Source: Eledone cirrhosa (taxonomy: Eukaryota). From it: 64,000 nucleotides of DNA. Positions 36,188 to 49,300 of this stretch are shown piece after piece. Position 1 is the stretch's first letter, and each line of letters opens with the position of its first letter. Below the pieces are notes generated by a model, which was not told where the DNA came from, searched no databases, and worked only from the letters and a program-made list of their open reading frames with translations. A program made the position numbers and the translations under genes. Location of the stretch: positions 127,534,001 to 127,598,000 of the forward strand of contig OZ024742.1 of assembly GCA_964016885.1 (NCBI GenBank), in the 5' to 3' direction.

Positions 36188-39100
36188 ATGAAGAAGTTTA
36201 TGAAAGCCAACAAAGTGGTGTTGATTCTGAACGGCAGGTTTGCTGGCCGAAAAGCTATCATTGTTAAGGTATATTTGTATAACTTGTTACATAGATTCGT
36301 ATCTATTAGTCATATGCATGTTAACTGTGTATACATGGCCGTTAATTCAGTAAGACACCCGCTCGGCGACGGAATATTTACCCAATTTTGCTCAAAGATG
36401 TCGCTTCCTGTACATCTGTATTGAAAAGAAACGGCTTAAACAGTTTTGGACGATCTGATTGAGGATGTGAAGAAAACAATAGAAGGCTGGCAAGGGGAAT
36501 GAAATGTCTTACCTTGAAACAAACCTTTACAGTGTATTTCATATGCATTATCCACTTATTATTTCTTTACAGTTATCAATCTAACAATGAGGTTGCATAG
36601 CACGGTACAAGTGGTTGGTAAGATACCAAAGAGAACCAAGCCAAAAATTGAGCCAGACATGGTCACCTCACTTGTGTAGCCTCACAATGTTACAACCTGA
36701 GCCATGCAAACATGAGTAACTGATAAAAAAGTAAAGCAATTGCCACCCTGTCAACACTCATTGTTAGTCGAAGGTGTTTGGTGTGTTTTTCAGCAGGACA
36801 AATGATTTCTAAGATCGTAGAATTTACAAAATATGCATAACTTGTTACAACTACTTGAACCTAAGTAAACTGGTGCAGGTTCTTTTCCATTTCTATTGGT
36901 ACCAGCCATTATTGAGCTTCGATCATTGTTGTTGGTGCTTTGAAATGAGTAATTCTGATGTTGCTGCCTTATCACGGTTTTATGATGTACTGTTTAAATC
37001 CATTGACATTCAGATTTTTCCACCGTTAAAATATTAAATATTTAAAAGCGTAGACCTTTAAAATCCTTAAGCTATTGCAGTATCTAGTTCTATTTTGGGG
37101 ATGGTACTTCTGATACTATTCAATGTCATTCAGCTCTTGAATTTGCATAGCTTTCAATGCCAGTATATATATATATGTATAACATTGTTTACCTTGTTTC
37201 AATAATTGTCATCTTGGTTCAGGAATGCATGCTTCCAGTTCCATAAGCTTGGCACTATGACATGGTCTTAGCAATTGTTTTATGTCCACTTTCCCATACA
37301 TTGTTAGAAAACTTGGACAATTGACATTTGGCTAATTTCTGATTTGAACACCCTTTATATATTGGGGATTGTTTTTGCCGTTTTCTTTGTATGCATACAT
37401 AGAAAACATTCACAGGAGGAATGATTTCCTGTTGAGGGTTTTGGCTAAGATTTTAATTTCCAATATTAAAATATTCCATGAAAGAAGGGAACTGGCTGTG
37501 GAATGGAGTTTTATGTATTCTTAACTGGATTTAAGCTATTGTTTTGTTTATCTTTTATTTTAGAATTATGATGAAGGTACTCAAGACAAAGGGTATTCTC
37601 ATGCTTTAGTAGCAGGGATTGATCGACACCCACGTAAAGTGACAAAACGTATGAGCAAAAAGAAGCTAAAGCAGAGGTCTAAGATTAAGACATTCATCAA
37701 AGTTTGCAATTACAACCATCTTATGCCAACCAGGTAAGTTGTACATTTAAGATATATAATTATGACAAGAACACGCAAGCTGCACTCTGTGCCCAGTTTC
37801 AAATAGCTGGATTCAATTTTTCTGCTTGCTATAGAAATTTCTACCAAAACTCAACATTGTTCTTGCTAACATTAGTTTGTAATGGCTGGTTTTGTAGAAA
37901 CAGGTTTGCAAAAAGATAAAGGTTTAAGTGACCTCAGAGATTTAGATGTAGCAGCTCTAAGTTTTATGATTTCTTTAAGGGCCTGCCAATTTCTATATTG
38001 TTTTGTTAAATAATGAGCAAAGTTATAAAAACGCGCAGTATGAATGTCATACTTTTATAAGTATCCAGTCAGTAAGTTATGTGGCATCACTAACTTTTCA
38101 GTACACAGAAATACTTAAAATATATTTTTCAACTGCAGCATTCCATGTGATAAAAACATTGGATCTTGTACCACTAGTACTGAAAAGAAATCAGTAAAAG
38201 TTGAACAAAATAGGATATGTTGGTTGAGGTTGGATTGATGGAAATCCAGTGCAAATAGCTCAGTATTCAACAGGCACATGTACTCTTGACTCTTTTTTTT
38301 CTCTGGTGGCTGCCACGGATTACTTCCCCAAACACGATTATGATATGACACTAAGCCAAATAGTGAAAATCGGTAGTCTAAAGTCCGTCTTGAAGCTGGA
38401 GGCTCAATGGGCTGGTGCTTATGCCAGTTTCCATGGTAAACAGGACGCAGGCTATTGCTGGTCCTCATTTTCAGTTGAGTGTACAGGGGGGCAGCATGAA
38501 ATGCTTTGTTCAACCTTGTCCAGGAATCGGACTTATATGATGGTTAACATGCCTGTACAAAAATTGCTTTAAGTTTATAAAGATGAAAACGTGCAGTTTC
38601 CAGGGGAGATTCAAAATTTAATTTTTTAAAGGATATTGCAAAAATGTTAAGTATATAAACTTTTCTTCGCTCACTTATTCCTGTGGGGGTCCTGTCAGAA
38701 GCAACCGTCTCTGGATTCCCACATGAGACCAGCCAAGCTCATGGATGTTATCCAACCATTTTGCTCTGGGTCTCCTATTGGCTGGTTTTGCCTGTTAAAT
38801 CTGTCCAGCAATTCTTTCCTGAGACATTCTAACCACATGCCCATAGTATCGGAGCAGTGATCTCTCATTTCGGAGAAGTAGCGGCTCTACCTGAAGTGAA
38901 TCTCTGATCTACGAGTTACACACTCTGTTGCTCCAAATCCCTTCGGAGGAGCCCTTTTTCAGCTGCTTGTATTCATGATCGTATTCTTTCAGTCATGACC
39001 ATAGGTAAGGGTTTGCATGAATTGAGGATAGGTAGTTTGACTTTTACACCTACCTCCCTTCTGATTGCTGAAGCTGGTGCATTACAACACCATCTGCAAT

Positions 39101-42100
39101 TTTTGCATTTAATTTTGCCTCCTGCTTTCAATCACTTGTGAATGCATCCTCGGCATACTTGAACTTCACCTACTTCAATGGAACTCCATTCAAATGTAGA
39201 GTGCACTGCGTAGGCTTCTTTGAGAGGACAAGTGTCTGTTTTTGCAGCATTGATTTTCATTTCAGCCATGCAGCACTCTGTATCAAACCTATCAAGTACA
39301 GGTTGGAGCTCACCTGTTGTTATATAACACCATGTCATCTGCAAATTCCAGCCGACTGATTTTATACCCACCAGTCGTGATACCTCTTCCAAACCGGCTG
39401 CGCATGTCAATCCTGTTCATGAAAATAATGACAGGAGAGCAACTGTATGCATCCTTGGCAGAGTCCGTCTTCCATATTGAATGGTTTCAATTTATCCAAA
39501 CACATACTCTGGCATTCGTATAGACATCAAGGCTGCGAGAAGCTGACCATTGATCACATGCTCCTGCACAACCTTCCACAGGAGGTCCAGAGGAACGCAG
39601 TCATGTGCCTTTTCGGGGTCTACAAAACAAGAATATACCTCTAGGCAATACTTACACGATTTCTCAAAAGACCTGCTGCAGTCGGCTGTGCTACGTCTGG
39701 TGCAAAAACCATACAGCTTGGACTTGATAAACTCTCGACATATGTAAACCTGGAAGGTTGATTTTATTAATTGCTAGAAATGAAAAGCTGATGCACAGGT
39801 TCACTTTGTACAGTTTACTGGGGTCCCCAAGTAATTCGGAGTGGCATTGGTCTTCTTATGCTAAGCTCTTGCCACTTTTGTTTTTGAATCAAGTCTTCTT
39901 GTTTTCTTTTTCAATTTAGTTGAGGTGATAGCTTTTGTCATGCCTCTTCTATGTTTATGTACTGTCACATTCTGTAAAAGTTCCTCAAAGTTTTACAGGT
40001 GAAAAGAAATTATCACAGAACATGTGGTTTTGTCTCCATGTCGCTTGTGAGGTCCTTCACCCTTTACCATTTACATTACTCTATATATACTATTGTATTT
40101 TCACCGTAAACACTTTATCTCACATAATATCGAATCTGAGATTTTGATATTTATTTTAAGAACGCTATCTTAGCATCAGTATGAGCAGCCGGTTACGGTC
40201 GGTTTGAACAGAAAAAGATGGGAGAATTCTGGCCGGTTTAAATGCTGAAGGGTCAATCAATAACCATCAACCCAATTTCACTGACAAAGCTTAGACTGAC
40301 CCGAATCAGTACATGCTTAAGGTGCCATGTAGTAGGATTGAACCCAAGACCTTATGGTTACAATAGAAGTCTGTGTTGACATTCTATCATTTGGGATTGC
40401 AGGGGACCATAAGACAAACTTGAATCGGTTTATTGTATTTCTATTTTTTGTGCTTGCTGTAAATATTTCTACTAAATCTTGTCACTGTGGCAAGATTGTT
40501 TTAACCATATAACGTGACTAAATTTCTGGATGTATTTGTGAAAGTACATTTCTCCTCCAATTTAGATTTTGTTTTTCGTATGTATTCATTTTATATACTG
40601 CTCATTTGCTTTATTTCACAAACATTTTCCTAAAAATGTTATATATACCCTTGCAAGCAGGGAAAAGCGGCCGTAAAATGGTGTTCTCCATATTGAAAAA
40701 ATTATATTAGTAATTGGGATAAAATTAAAACATTGGAAGTATTTATCCATCGTGCTATTAATTACATCTTTACTATTTTATAGTTAATGCAAGCAGCACT
40801 CTGTTCCCAGTTTCTAATAGCTGGATTCAATTTTTTGTGCTTGCTATAAAAATTCTAAAACCATGCCATTTTTTTTGCTAACACTGCTTTAAAGCGGCTT
40901 GTTTTTAGAAACACTTTATGAAAGAAAAAATTGTTTAATTGATGTATGTGAACATTATGAAAATGTTTGCTTTTTTGAAATAAATTCACAGAACTTATTA
41001 AATGATTATTTCCACCAGAGTGAACAAGTGAAGTAAAAAACATTTTTTAGCTTATCTGTTTAAAATTGTAACTGTCTGAATGAAGTTTAACCCTTTAGCA
41101 TTTGCATTACTCTATATTTACTATTGTATTTTCGCAGTAAAGGTTGTCTCGCATAATTATTTTACATAATCTCGGAATCTATGAGATTCTGATGTTATTT
41201 ATTTTGAGTACAATACATTATTGTAGGTGAAAGAGATGAGAGAATTCTGGCTGGTTTAAATGCTAAAGGGTCAATCAATAACCATCAACCCAATTTCACT
41301 GACAAAGCTTAGACTGACCCGAGTCAGTACATGATACTTGCTTAAGGTGCCATGTAGTAGGATTGAACCCAAGACCTTATGGTTACAATAGAAGTCTGTT
41401 GACATTCTATCATTTGGGATTGCAGGGGACCATAAGACAAACTTGAATCGGTTTATTGTATTTCTATTTTTTGTGCTTGCTGTAAATATTTCTACTAAAT
41501 CTTGTCACTGTGGCAAGATTGTTTTAACCATATAACGTGACTAAATTTCTGGATGTATTTGTGAAAGTACATTTCTCCTCCAATTTAGATTTTGTTTTTC
41601 ATATGTATTCATTTTATATACTGCTCATTTACTTTATTTCACAAACATTTTCCTAAAAATGTTATATATACCCTTGCAAGCAGGGGAAAGCGGCCGTAAA
41701 ATGGTGTTCTCCATATTGAAAAAATTATATTAGTAATTGGGATAAAATTAAAACATTGGAAGTATTTATCCATCGTGCTATTAATTACATCTTTACTATT
41801 TTATAGTTAATGCAAGCAGCACTCTGTTCCCAGTTTCTAATAGCTGGATTCAATTTTTTGTGCTTGCTATAAAAATTCTAAAACCATGCCATTTTTTTTG
41901 CTAACACTGCTTTAAAGCGGCTTGTTTTTAGAAACACTTTATGAAAGAAAAAATTGTTTAATTGATGTATGTGAACATTATGAAAATGTTTGCTTTTTTT
42001 TGAAATAAATTCACAGAACTTATTAAATGATTATTTCCACCAGAGTGAACAAGTGAAGTAAAAAACATTTTTTAGCTTATCTGTTTAAAATTGTAACTGT

Positions 42101-43794
42101 CTGAATGAAGTTTAACCCTTTAGCATTTGCATTACTCTATATTTACTATTGTATTTTCGCAGTAAAGGTTGTCTCGCATAATTATTTTACATAATCTCGG
42201 AATCTATGAGATTCTGATGTTATTTATTTTGAGTACAATACATTATTGTAGGTGAAAGAGATGAGAGAATTCTGGCCGGTTTAAATGCTAAAGGGTTAAA
42301 GTTGCCCATACTTTATTTATGGAAGAATTTCAGTAAATAGATATCTGAATGAGTTTTATAATTCAAGACCTTTTACCATATATACTTGAATATAGGCAAG
42401 GAATGTGTGCGAGGGTACTAAATTATCTGGAGTGATTATTTTACCATGAAACTTTTGTACATTTACTACATTGTTGTTGGTGTTATTTATGCATTTTCTT
42501 GAATATTTCAACAAATTTTTATAATTTGAACTTTTTAGTGCATAAATATCACATGCACACATTTTTCTGGTATTTTTTCTTTCAGTCTTCTGATTTGATT
42601 TTATTGCTCTCCCTCTCTCTTACACTCTATAAACCCCTATACAAAGTTTTTTTTATTTGATCTTTTGCTTTCAACTACTCCCAACATGTGAATGGAAGTA
42701 AAAAATTTTTGAGAAACTTGTTAAACAAAAAAAATATACTCTAAAGAACACTTGAAACTTCAGAAATATATTTTATATTCTTGAGAATTTCAAAACCATG
42801 CCATCTAAACATAATGTGTTGATTAGCTGCCTCAGCTTATCAAGTATATACGGTACTTTGTTGTTAGTGAGTGGGTTTTATCTGAAACTCTGCTTTCTTT
42901 CAAAGGGAGATAAAGTTTAATATTAGTTTTTAACAAAGTTTGAAGATAAGTTTGTTTCTTAAATTTATTGCAAATTGAAATATATTTTTGCAGGTATTCT
43001 GTGGATGTCACCTTGGACAAATCTCATGTAAACAAAGATGCTTTCAGGGATCCTGCCTTGAAACGCAGAGCTAAACGAGAAGTGAAAGCTAAATTAGAAG
43101 AGAGGTATGTTGATTTGTGTTTTTATGAAATCTCATGTTAGTCTATGGACATTTGTGTTTGTACTAGTTAATTTTTAGTTATTGAATAGAATTCTTTAAT
43201 TTTAAAGCAGCTTCTGAAGGAATATAATTTTTAAGGAAGAGGCTATGTAGCTGGTAAGAATGTCAGACACCATGAGTTGCAGCCTTTTATATGGTCTGAG
43301 TTAAGAAATCTTTCCCTCCATCAATTGTTAAAAAGTTAAAATCATTTAATCATCCATTTGTATCGTACGTTACACTTTAGTTACATACAGACAACAGAAC
43401 CGCGCACGCGCACACACACTTACTCATACATATTCATAAAAACAGTCCACACTGTAAATGTGGTTGGTGTTAGGAAGGGCATCCTGCCAGGTAGTCCTAT
43501 ATCAGCAAGACACGGTCACCCGACCAACCTTGCTTCAAATTGGGACAACTCCCGTCTAACCCATGCTAGTGATGGACGTTAAATGATGATGACATACAAA
43601 ATAATTATTATATGCACATCTATGAATGATGGGGCTGGTGAAACACTATAGTGATGTATGTTGCGTCCCTCTAGGGTTTATCAACTACATATAAATCATT
43701 TAGGCAAATGTTTTTTATTTAAACAATTTTTTTTTTTTATTTCAGATACAAGACTGGCAGAAACAGATGGTTCTTCCAAAAACTACGATTCTAA
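36188..43794 (+). CDS. RPL27: 60S ribosomal protein L27 (eL27), 136 aa
   Basis: Coding exons 36188-36268 ([27 protein letters not shown]), 37564-37733 ([27 protein letters not shown]...NYNHLMPTR), 42994-43104 ([37 protein letters not shown]), 43746-43794 ([15 protein letters not shown]). Total 411 nt; AATAAA at 43809-43814. Confidence 0.97.
37775..37905 (+). ncRNA. Candidate box H/ACA snoRNA, copy 1 (RPL27 intron)
   Basis: Hairpin GCAAGC...GCTTGC with inner CCAGT/AGCTGG, H box ATAGAA (37831-37836), second hairpin TTCTAC..AAAAC/GTTTTGTAGAA, then ACA+3 nt. About 130 nt, sense in a ribosomal-protein intron. Confidence 0.72.
38670..39750 (-). mobile_element. RTE-family LINE fragment in RPL27 intron
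   Basis: Homologous to 26475-27075 and 51124-52540; MKINAAKT and related RT-domain remnants with frameshifts. Confidence 0.8.
40789..40916 (+). ncRNA. Candidate box H/ACA snoRNA, copy 2
   Basis: Diverged paralogue of 37775-37905 in unrelated flanks; H box ATAAAA (40846-40851) and ACA (40911-40913) retained. Confidence 0.7.
41812..41939 (+). ncRNA. Candidate box H/ACA snoRNA, copy 3
   Basis: Near-identical to copy 2, within the tandem duplication; ACA at 41934-41936. Confidence 0.68.
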
Positions 43795-44759
43795 TTATTT
43801 TTTCAGCAAATAAATATTAATTACACCTAATATTAAATTGTTATTATTTAAGCAAGAGAAGTAATTTTATGCTAATGTTTCTCTGGTAAACTTACTGTAT
43901 AAAAGAATAAATTTAGAATGGTAAATGCAAAACACGGAATTGAAGCTCATTGTCATATGTATCCTAATGCTATTTGACGGCTTTTCTACAAAAAAGTGAC
44001 ATTTACTTAAAGAAACAAATTGCATTTGTCACCAACAGCCTATAAGGATTTAGCAGAAAATGTCTAAAAACTTGTCTCTTGATGCAGATATGTATGGCAG
44101 CTTTATTTTTAAACCAAACTGAAGATTTTTAGTATTTGTTGCATATTCAATACTATTGTAACAACCCCTGAAAAAAAATAACTTGTAATACCTTCTGATA
44201 CTGTTGAAAACAGTTAATTTAGAGTTAACGTGGTACAAGTCCCTAACAGTTAATCATTTTTCCATTCTGGTGTGGGTTGCCACAGATCAAGTAAGCAATT
44301 AATTGAAGTTACTGTTCTAGGAAAGCCATGGGGCAAGTCTTGCTTACATGTGTTCTGGTTGTGGCATGGATTCTATTGCTGGATACCCTTCCTATAATGC
44401 CAGTCACTTTACAGAATGTACTCTGTATTTTATCATGGCATCAGTACTATGGAGGTTTTCATGTACAGCTCTATAGTTTCTAATATTAACCACTTTGCAG
44501 AGCTTACTGAAAGTGCTTCTTACCGTATTGGAAGATTAAGGCTGTCTTCAAAAAACAGATCTGTTGAAAATCTGATAGCAATAGCCATATAAAGGTATGA
44601 GTAAAATTTACAACTGGCATGTCTTAATGTTTCTATAGTGAAAGGTAATAGTTGAGTATAATTGCACATAAAAGGGAGCTGGATGAATGATTAACTTTAT
44701 CTTCTTTGCCCACTTATTTTTGAGAGGTTTGTGGGGGTAAGAGTAATCAAACACTCCTT

Positions 44760-46060
44760 CCAGCAGGTCCTGTAGGAAGCAAGTCTCCAACTGATTCAGC
44801 CAGCTGGATCTGCAAATGTGAGCAGTCGAGCTCATGGATGTTATCCAACCCTCTTTCCTGAAACATTCTAACCACATGCCCATAGTATCGGCGCTGTGAT
44901 CTCTCAATTCAGAGAAGTAGTGACTGAGCTATGCACTTTATCGAGGAAACCCATTGCAGCCGCTTGTATTCTTTGTCATTACCCAAGATTCATGACTATA
45001 GGTAAGGGTTGGCACAAAAACCAAATTGAAAACAGCCAGTTGACTTTTCTGAATGCTGAAGCATTACTGCACCAGCAGCTGCAATTCTTCAACTTCTTTC
45101 CTTCCATCACTTGTGAACATGGCCCCCCCAGATACTTGAACTTGTCTATCTGCTTCAGTGGAACTCCATTCACATGTAGAGTGCACTACGCAGGCTTCCT
45201 TGAGAGGACGATTCAGCCATGGAGCACTCTGCATCAAATCTATCAAGTTAAGTAACACCATGTTTGCAAATTCCAACCAACTGATTTTACACCTGCCAGT
45301 CATGATACTTCCAACCTGGCTGTGTATGTTAATCCTGTTCCTGTAAATAATGAATAGGAGAGGTGACAGTACACGCCCACATTGAATGGTTTCAATTTAG
45401 CACCATTTATCCAAACAAATACTCCGGTATTCGTATAGAGACATTAGGGCAGCAAGAAGCTAACCAATCCTATTCTGCACAACCTTCTCATGGTCGATAA
45501 AACAAGATATTTCTTGGCCAACTGGGCTTCATCTAGGGCAAAAACCCCACAGTTCATCAGCTAGCTTGGATCGATACTCTCTTTGCCAGGCTTAACAAGG
45601 AGATCCTTCTGTAATTGGAACAATCTCTCCCTTTTTGAAAATTGAGATTATCACTGATTGCCGTTGCTAGGTGCTTTTCCAGAGAATACCATCTCTGGCC
45701 ATATTTCATCTTCTCCAGTGGCTTTGGCACATTTTAGCTCTTTAACTGGTGAGATTAGTCACCACTCCCAGATGCAACTTGTGTACATCTGATGATGCTG
45801 TTATGATTGGTAAAGTATTCTCTGAAGAGGAGAACCCGAGATGTGTGGAGGGCTTCTTACAAGGTTTACGGATGGTCTGCCAGAACACTATTTGCTGATC
45901 TGAAGTTGGATTCCAGCTTAACCTTGGATGCTTTTGTTATACACGTTTTTATATGTTGGAATGAATACTACAATACAAATTGCCCCTCCCATGTATCCAA
46001 TCTGGCTTCATCACTTTACTATTTCTTCCTTTCACTCAGTTCTCATATACTGAACTCATT
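44760..46060 (-). mobile_element. RTE-family LINE fragment
   Basis: NGVPLKQIDKFKYLG; collinear with the 51-53 kb copy but without the inversion. Confidence 0.8.
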
Positions 46061-46399
46061 CTGATTTCCATGCTAGTTAAATGACTTGTAATCTACTCAT
46101 TTCCTAGCTATCGCAAATCTTTCCTAATTTTAAAAACAACAGACAAATTACATTGAATTAGTTCATGATGACGTTTTATTTGTTTTAACTAATGAGCGAT
46201 TAATATAGGAACTCGTGAATGCATTTATTCTTGACATTTTCTGTTCAGATATCACTGTATCTTCAAGTAAATAGATTCTTACATATCCCTACAATATAAG
46301 ATGTTTACGTGTAATAAAAGGGCAGTTTTAGAAACTGAGTATTTGACTTTTAAAATATATTGTTCTGGTAATAATTTAGCACATGGATTCACTTGAATG

Positions 46400-49300
46400 T
46401 CAGACATAAGTGCTGTTATGTTGTTTAGGAAAGTCTAAATTGCCTGATATTGTGATAACCCCATCATAAATTATTGCAAATCCAAAATATAATGGCAACA
46501 GGTAGCATATAAAATGCATCCATTTAGGTACTGGCAGGGGAATTTCAGCATGGCTAGATAAAAAAAAAAAATGAATATTTTTCAACAAAAATTTTAACTT
46601 TTTGTGAGTCAAAGTATTTAAAAGTTGCTTGATCTAACAAATATATATATTTTTTTTACTGTATATTGATTTTGGTGAGGTGTAACTAGCTTGAGTTGAG
46701 TGATTTTTTTTTTTTTTTTTTTTTTTATTATAGGTAGTTAGCTGTTAAAATTTAATTACCTTATTAATCTTTAAAAAAAAAAAATGAGACAATGGCTGTC
46801 AGGGCCCTGGATAAACATCTTCGTCCAAGACATATATAAAATTTAACTACTGTAACACGTCGTCACCAACTACCCATTCTGTTAACCCTTTTGTGACCAT
46901 ATTTCTAATGAAATATACTGTTATTGAGGGATTGACTAAAATTATTTCATGACCAAGATAGTAAATTAAGTTATAAAATTGAGTTGGAAGATTTTAATTT
47001 AAATAGGAATGCTTTGTTTCATAAAACCAGTTTTGGACTGGCTGGTATCAAGAGTTAATGAAATAGGTCTATAATAATTGGTATAGACACGTTTTTTTTT
47101 TAATTAATGCTAGTATGTGGCTGATACCCAAAAGCAACGTTGAAATCTAGACCCTGAGGAATTTTTATCTCGAAAGTTTGGTTTACTTAATAGCCAACTT
47201 GCATATTTTAAAGAGTTCATGTTTGGATTAGAACCATCTCTAATTATATGTAAGAATATTTAGTTATGTTTCATGGAAAATAAGCTAGTTAAATAATTCC
47301 ATAATTGAAAATATGGTGTATTTTATTACATATAAATCATGAAGGAAGTGTTGGAAAACTGACATTTTGCCCCCATAAGAGTATTTAATTTTTAAATACT
47401 GCTTTACTCAATCCTTTACTTACCGTATTTCTAAGGAAAAACACTGCTTATGATTTTCTAGTAATTTTGGAGGATTTAATAATAAACTTTCTCATTATCA
47501 ATTTGATGTTTGGAACAAAGGTTCTTAAATATTATGATATAAATATATTCACTTTATATATATTATTGTATTTTTGTGGTAAAGGCTTTATCTTACATAA
47601 TTATCTCGCATAATATTGAATCTGAGATTTTGGTGTTATTTACAGCTGGTTTGTACAGAAAGATGTGAGAGAATACTGGCTGGATACAGCCAGTTTAAAT
47701 ATTAAAGGGTTAAATAAAGTTTTGCATCAGAATAAGAGGCTATGAAAGGAGTTGGAGGACATCAGGTACCTTTATTTATTCTTAAAATATTCTACAAAAT
47801 TCATTACTATCAAGATGAGTAGGACAAATGTTTAATTGCTATCTTCCAAAGATTTATAATAGTCTATAAAATGATTTACCTGTTCATTCTTCTTGATTGA
47901 AAATACATACAAAACATTATAATATTTTGTGTATTTGTAGTGAATGAAGAGACTTTTTCCATCACTGTAACAAAACTCTGTTAATAAACATGAAAAAAGA
48001 TAACATCAAATTTTGGAAAAAGCCATCCAAAAATATACTCTAGAAGATAACTTTTTGTACTTGATTATTGGTATATGCATAACTTTCAATTGGAACAAGT
48101 TTTCAAAAACTGCAAGAATGTCATAAAACTGATTCTCCTAGTGGCTCTCTCTTTGAGCTTGTCCATTTTATAAGGCTATTGTTTATAAACATTCAATGTT
48201 GCCAACCCCTGCTGCCAGTATATAAATTATGGAGACATATTCATGACAGTAACAATAACTTTTAACACCAGAGTTCAGGACAGACCTTAACACACACATA
48301 TATATATAAATATACATAATAGCATAATACTCATATATATACACTAAATTAGGATGACTTCATACTGGTATTGAGATTTGTTGTTATTGTCCAAAAATAA
48401 ATACACTGGTAAATATAATTAGACACCTATAGATTGTGAAGACAGGTGGTTATGTAGGCAGATAGAGAGAGGTTGACCACTGATCTGCTTGTCAACACTG
48501 TTAGATAGAGATCAAATTACCAATTCCCTGTTATCACGTAACCTTTGTGGGTTTTTTTTTTGAGAGATATATTGTAAGATACTTGGTGTTAGGAAGGGCA
48601 TCCAGCTGTAGAAATCATGCCAAGAACGGAATGTGTACCCAAGATGTCTTTCCAGCTTTGTTTTATGTCTGGGGACAGGACAAAGATGATTATGATATAT
48701 GAGTTTCAGACATGGGAGCTGTTATTCTGGACAATTCTACATGCTAGAAATAGCGTTATTTTCAAATAACTGTTTATAATACTGCACATGGAACAAAATC
48801 TATCTTATACTTCACCTTTTTTAGTCTTGGACAACAAGCAGTCAAACCCTCAAAGTTCCTAATATACAAATAATATAGTGGAAGCTGCATCCCAAAAATT
48901 AGTCTAGCTTCTTAGCGCCATAAAATTATTGAGCCCCAAACACTTACTGATTCCCTACAATATAATACTGCTCCCCCATCCGGAAGATTCTGCTGTTCTA
49001 CACGAACAAACTAAATTGTATCCAAAAGATAGTCGTCAACCTCTAGCCAATAAAACACTGTCTCCATTTTTTATTTTTTTCTACTGCTACTACAATAGCT
49101 TGTGCTTCTAAGATCTAACTAGCTGCATATCTTCTCCCAAACCCATTCAATACAACTATCTCTTATCAGCTACACTGTATCTCTTCCTCCAGAAAATGCA
49201 CTACTAACCTCTGTGACTATTCCTATCTTTCCAGAACATCAACATACTAGAAATCCCTTTTTAGGACATATTTTTCCTGCAGTCATCAACCTAACAGATG

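Larger units (their letters stand above)
40253..42295 (+). repeat. Tandem duplication, two ~1.02-kb units (40253-41270, 41271-42295)
   Basis: Both units start TCAATCAATAACCATCAACCC, are near-identical, and end in the same MITE. Confidence 0.93.

Noticed and set aside
38094-38187. 11-bp inverted repeat CTTTTCAGTAC/GTACTGAAAAG as a possible C/D snoRNA
   Set aside because: No correctly placed box C, and the CTGA lies inside the stem.
48850-49300. Possible degraded CR1/Jockey LINE fragment
   Set aside because: Too decayed to assign by eye.
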